Positions 63,244-64,000 of a stretch of DNA of 64,000 bases are shown piece by piece. A program made the position numbers and the translations under genes. Source of the stretch: Octopus sinensis (lineage: Eukaryota); the NCBI RefSeq assembly GCF_006345805.1, contig NC_043013.1, positions 992,001 through 1,056,000 of the forward strand, in the 5' to 3' direction. Every line of letters starts with the position of its first letter. The first letter of the stretch is position 1. The notes below the pieces were generated by a model. It worked only from the letters and a program-made list of their open reading frames with translations. It was not told where the DNA came from and did no database searches.

Positions 63244-64000
63244 CTGGTGTAGAAAAGAAAAAAAAGGATATCAGAATTATATATATGAATCTATAATTCA
63301 AGCTGGGGTGGAGAGTTGTGAAATTATTAAAATTCATAAAACTGGGGCATCTTTATAAGACAATCAATTGAAGCAGGGGATTAAAAAAAACCAAAAGTCA
63401 TTGGGAGATTTTTAGTCTTCTTCCAGGAGAAGAGAGTTGGGAAAATGAGCAGGTTTTGAAGACATTCTTTGATAGTTTTCTGCATTAGTTTGAGGGAGAC
63501 TCTAAGATGTGATGGATGGATGAAATTGGGAGATATGAGATCAAAAACACTAATGCTTATAATGTGAGCAGACAACATAGTAATATATTACATGTGATAT
63601 CATCAAATATCTGATAGCATTCAACCAAATCAAGAATGTTATTTCAGTAAACAAAACAAATATAAAAATCATCATTTAATATGTTTCCCATGCTGGCATG
63701 GGTTGGACAGTTTGAGAGGAGCTGGCAAATCAGAGGATGGCACCAAACTTTACTGCCTGCTTTGGTAAGGTTTCTACAGCTGGATGCCCTTCCTAACACT
63801 GACCACTTTACAGGGTGCACTGGGTGCTTTTCCTGTGGTGCCAGCATAAGCAAGGTCACCAAGTAACTTGCATGACAGATCTCCCCCCCCACCCCATCAA
63901 CTGAGGAGAAGGAGTGAGTAATGAGAAGTTAGAGTATGAAGAGTGACACAGATATAGATATCTTGCAGTAAGGGAGACACATGGCTACTCCGGTTGTGGG

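Overview
Eukaryotic, AT-rich, microsatellite- and SINE-saturated genomic DNA. The repeat families and composition point to an Octopus genome (inference). There is no rRNA and no CRISPR array, and most ORF-track entries are microsatellite or TE artefacts. Two minus-strand protein-coding genes are visible. (1) The last six coding exons of a CLASP/Orbit microtubule regulator (63243->58987, all GT-AG, phases consistent), followed by an apparently long, SINE-poor 3' UTR. (2) The 5' part of an uncharacterised secreted protein with architecture signal peptide - NtA (agrin N-terminal) - TSP1 - TSPN/LamG (exons 34715-34193, 4173-4024, 1207-702; 30-kb first coding intron), continuing past the left edge. 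Introns and intergenic DNA hold mariner/maT transposons, hAT/piggyBac/CACTA-like MITEs, a Helitron, R4/Dong, CRE, CR1, RTE and Tx1 LINE fragments, a solo LTR with a 4-bp TSD, and many tRNA-derived SINEs. The most unusual signal is RNA-level. At least six type I minimal hammerhead ribozyme motifs (Penelope/retrozyme style) and several degenerate ones occur. One sits inside a TSD-flanked tRNA-headed SINE, two sit in a head-to-tail 1.17-kb duplication, and four lie in the sense orientation of the host gene's introns. A recurrent SINE-in-SINE composite carries a tail matching the Tx1 LINE 3' end in this window.
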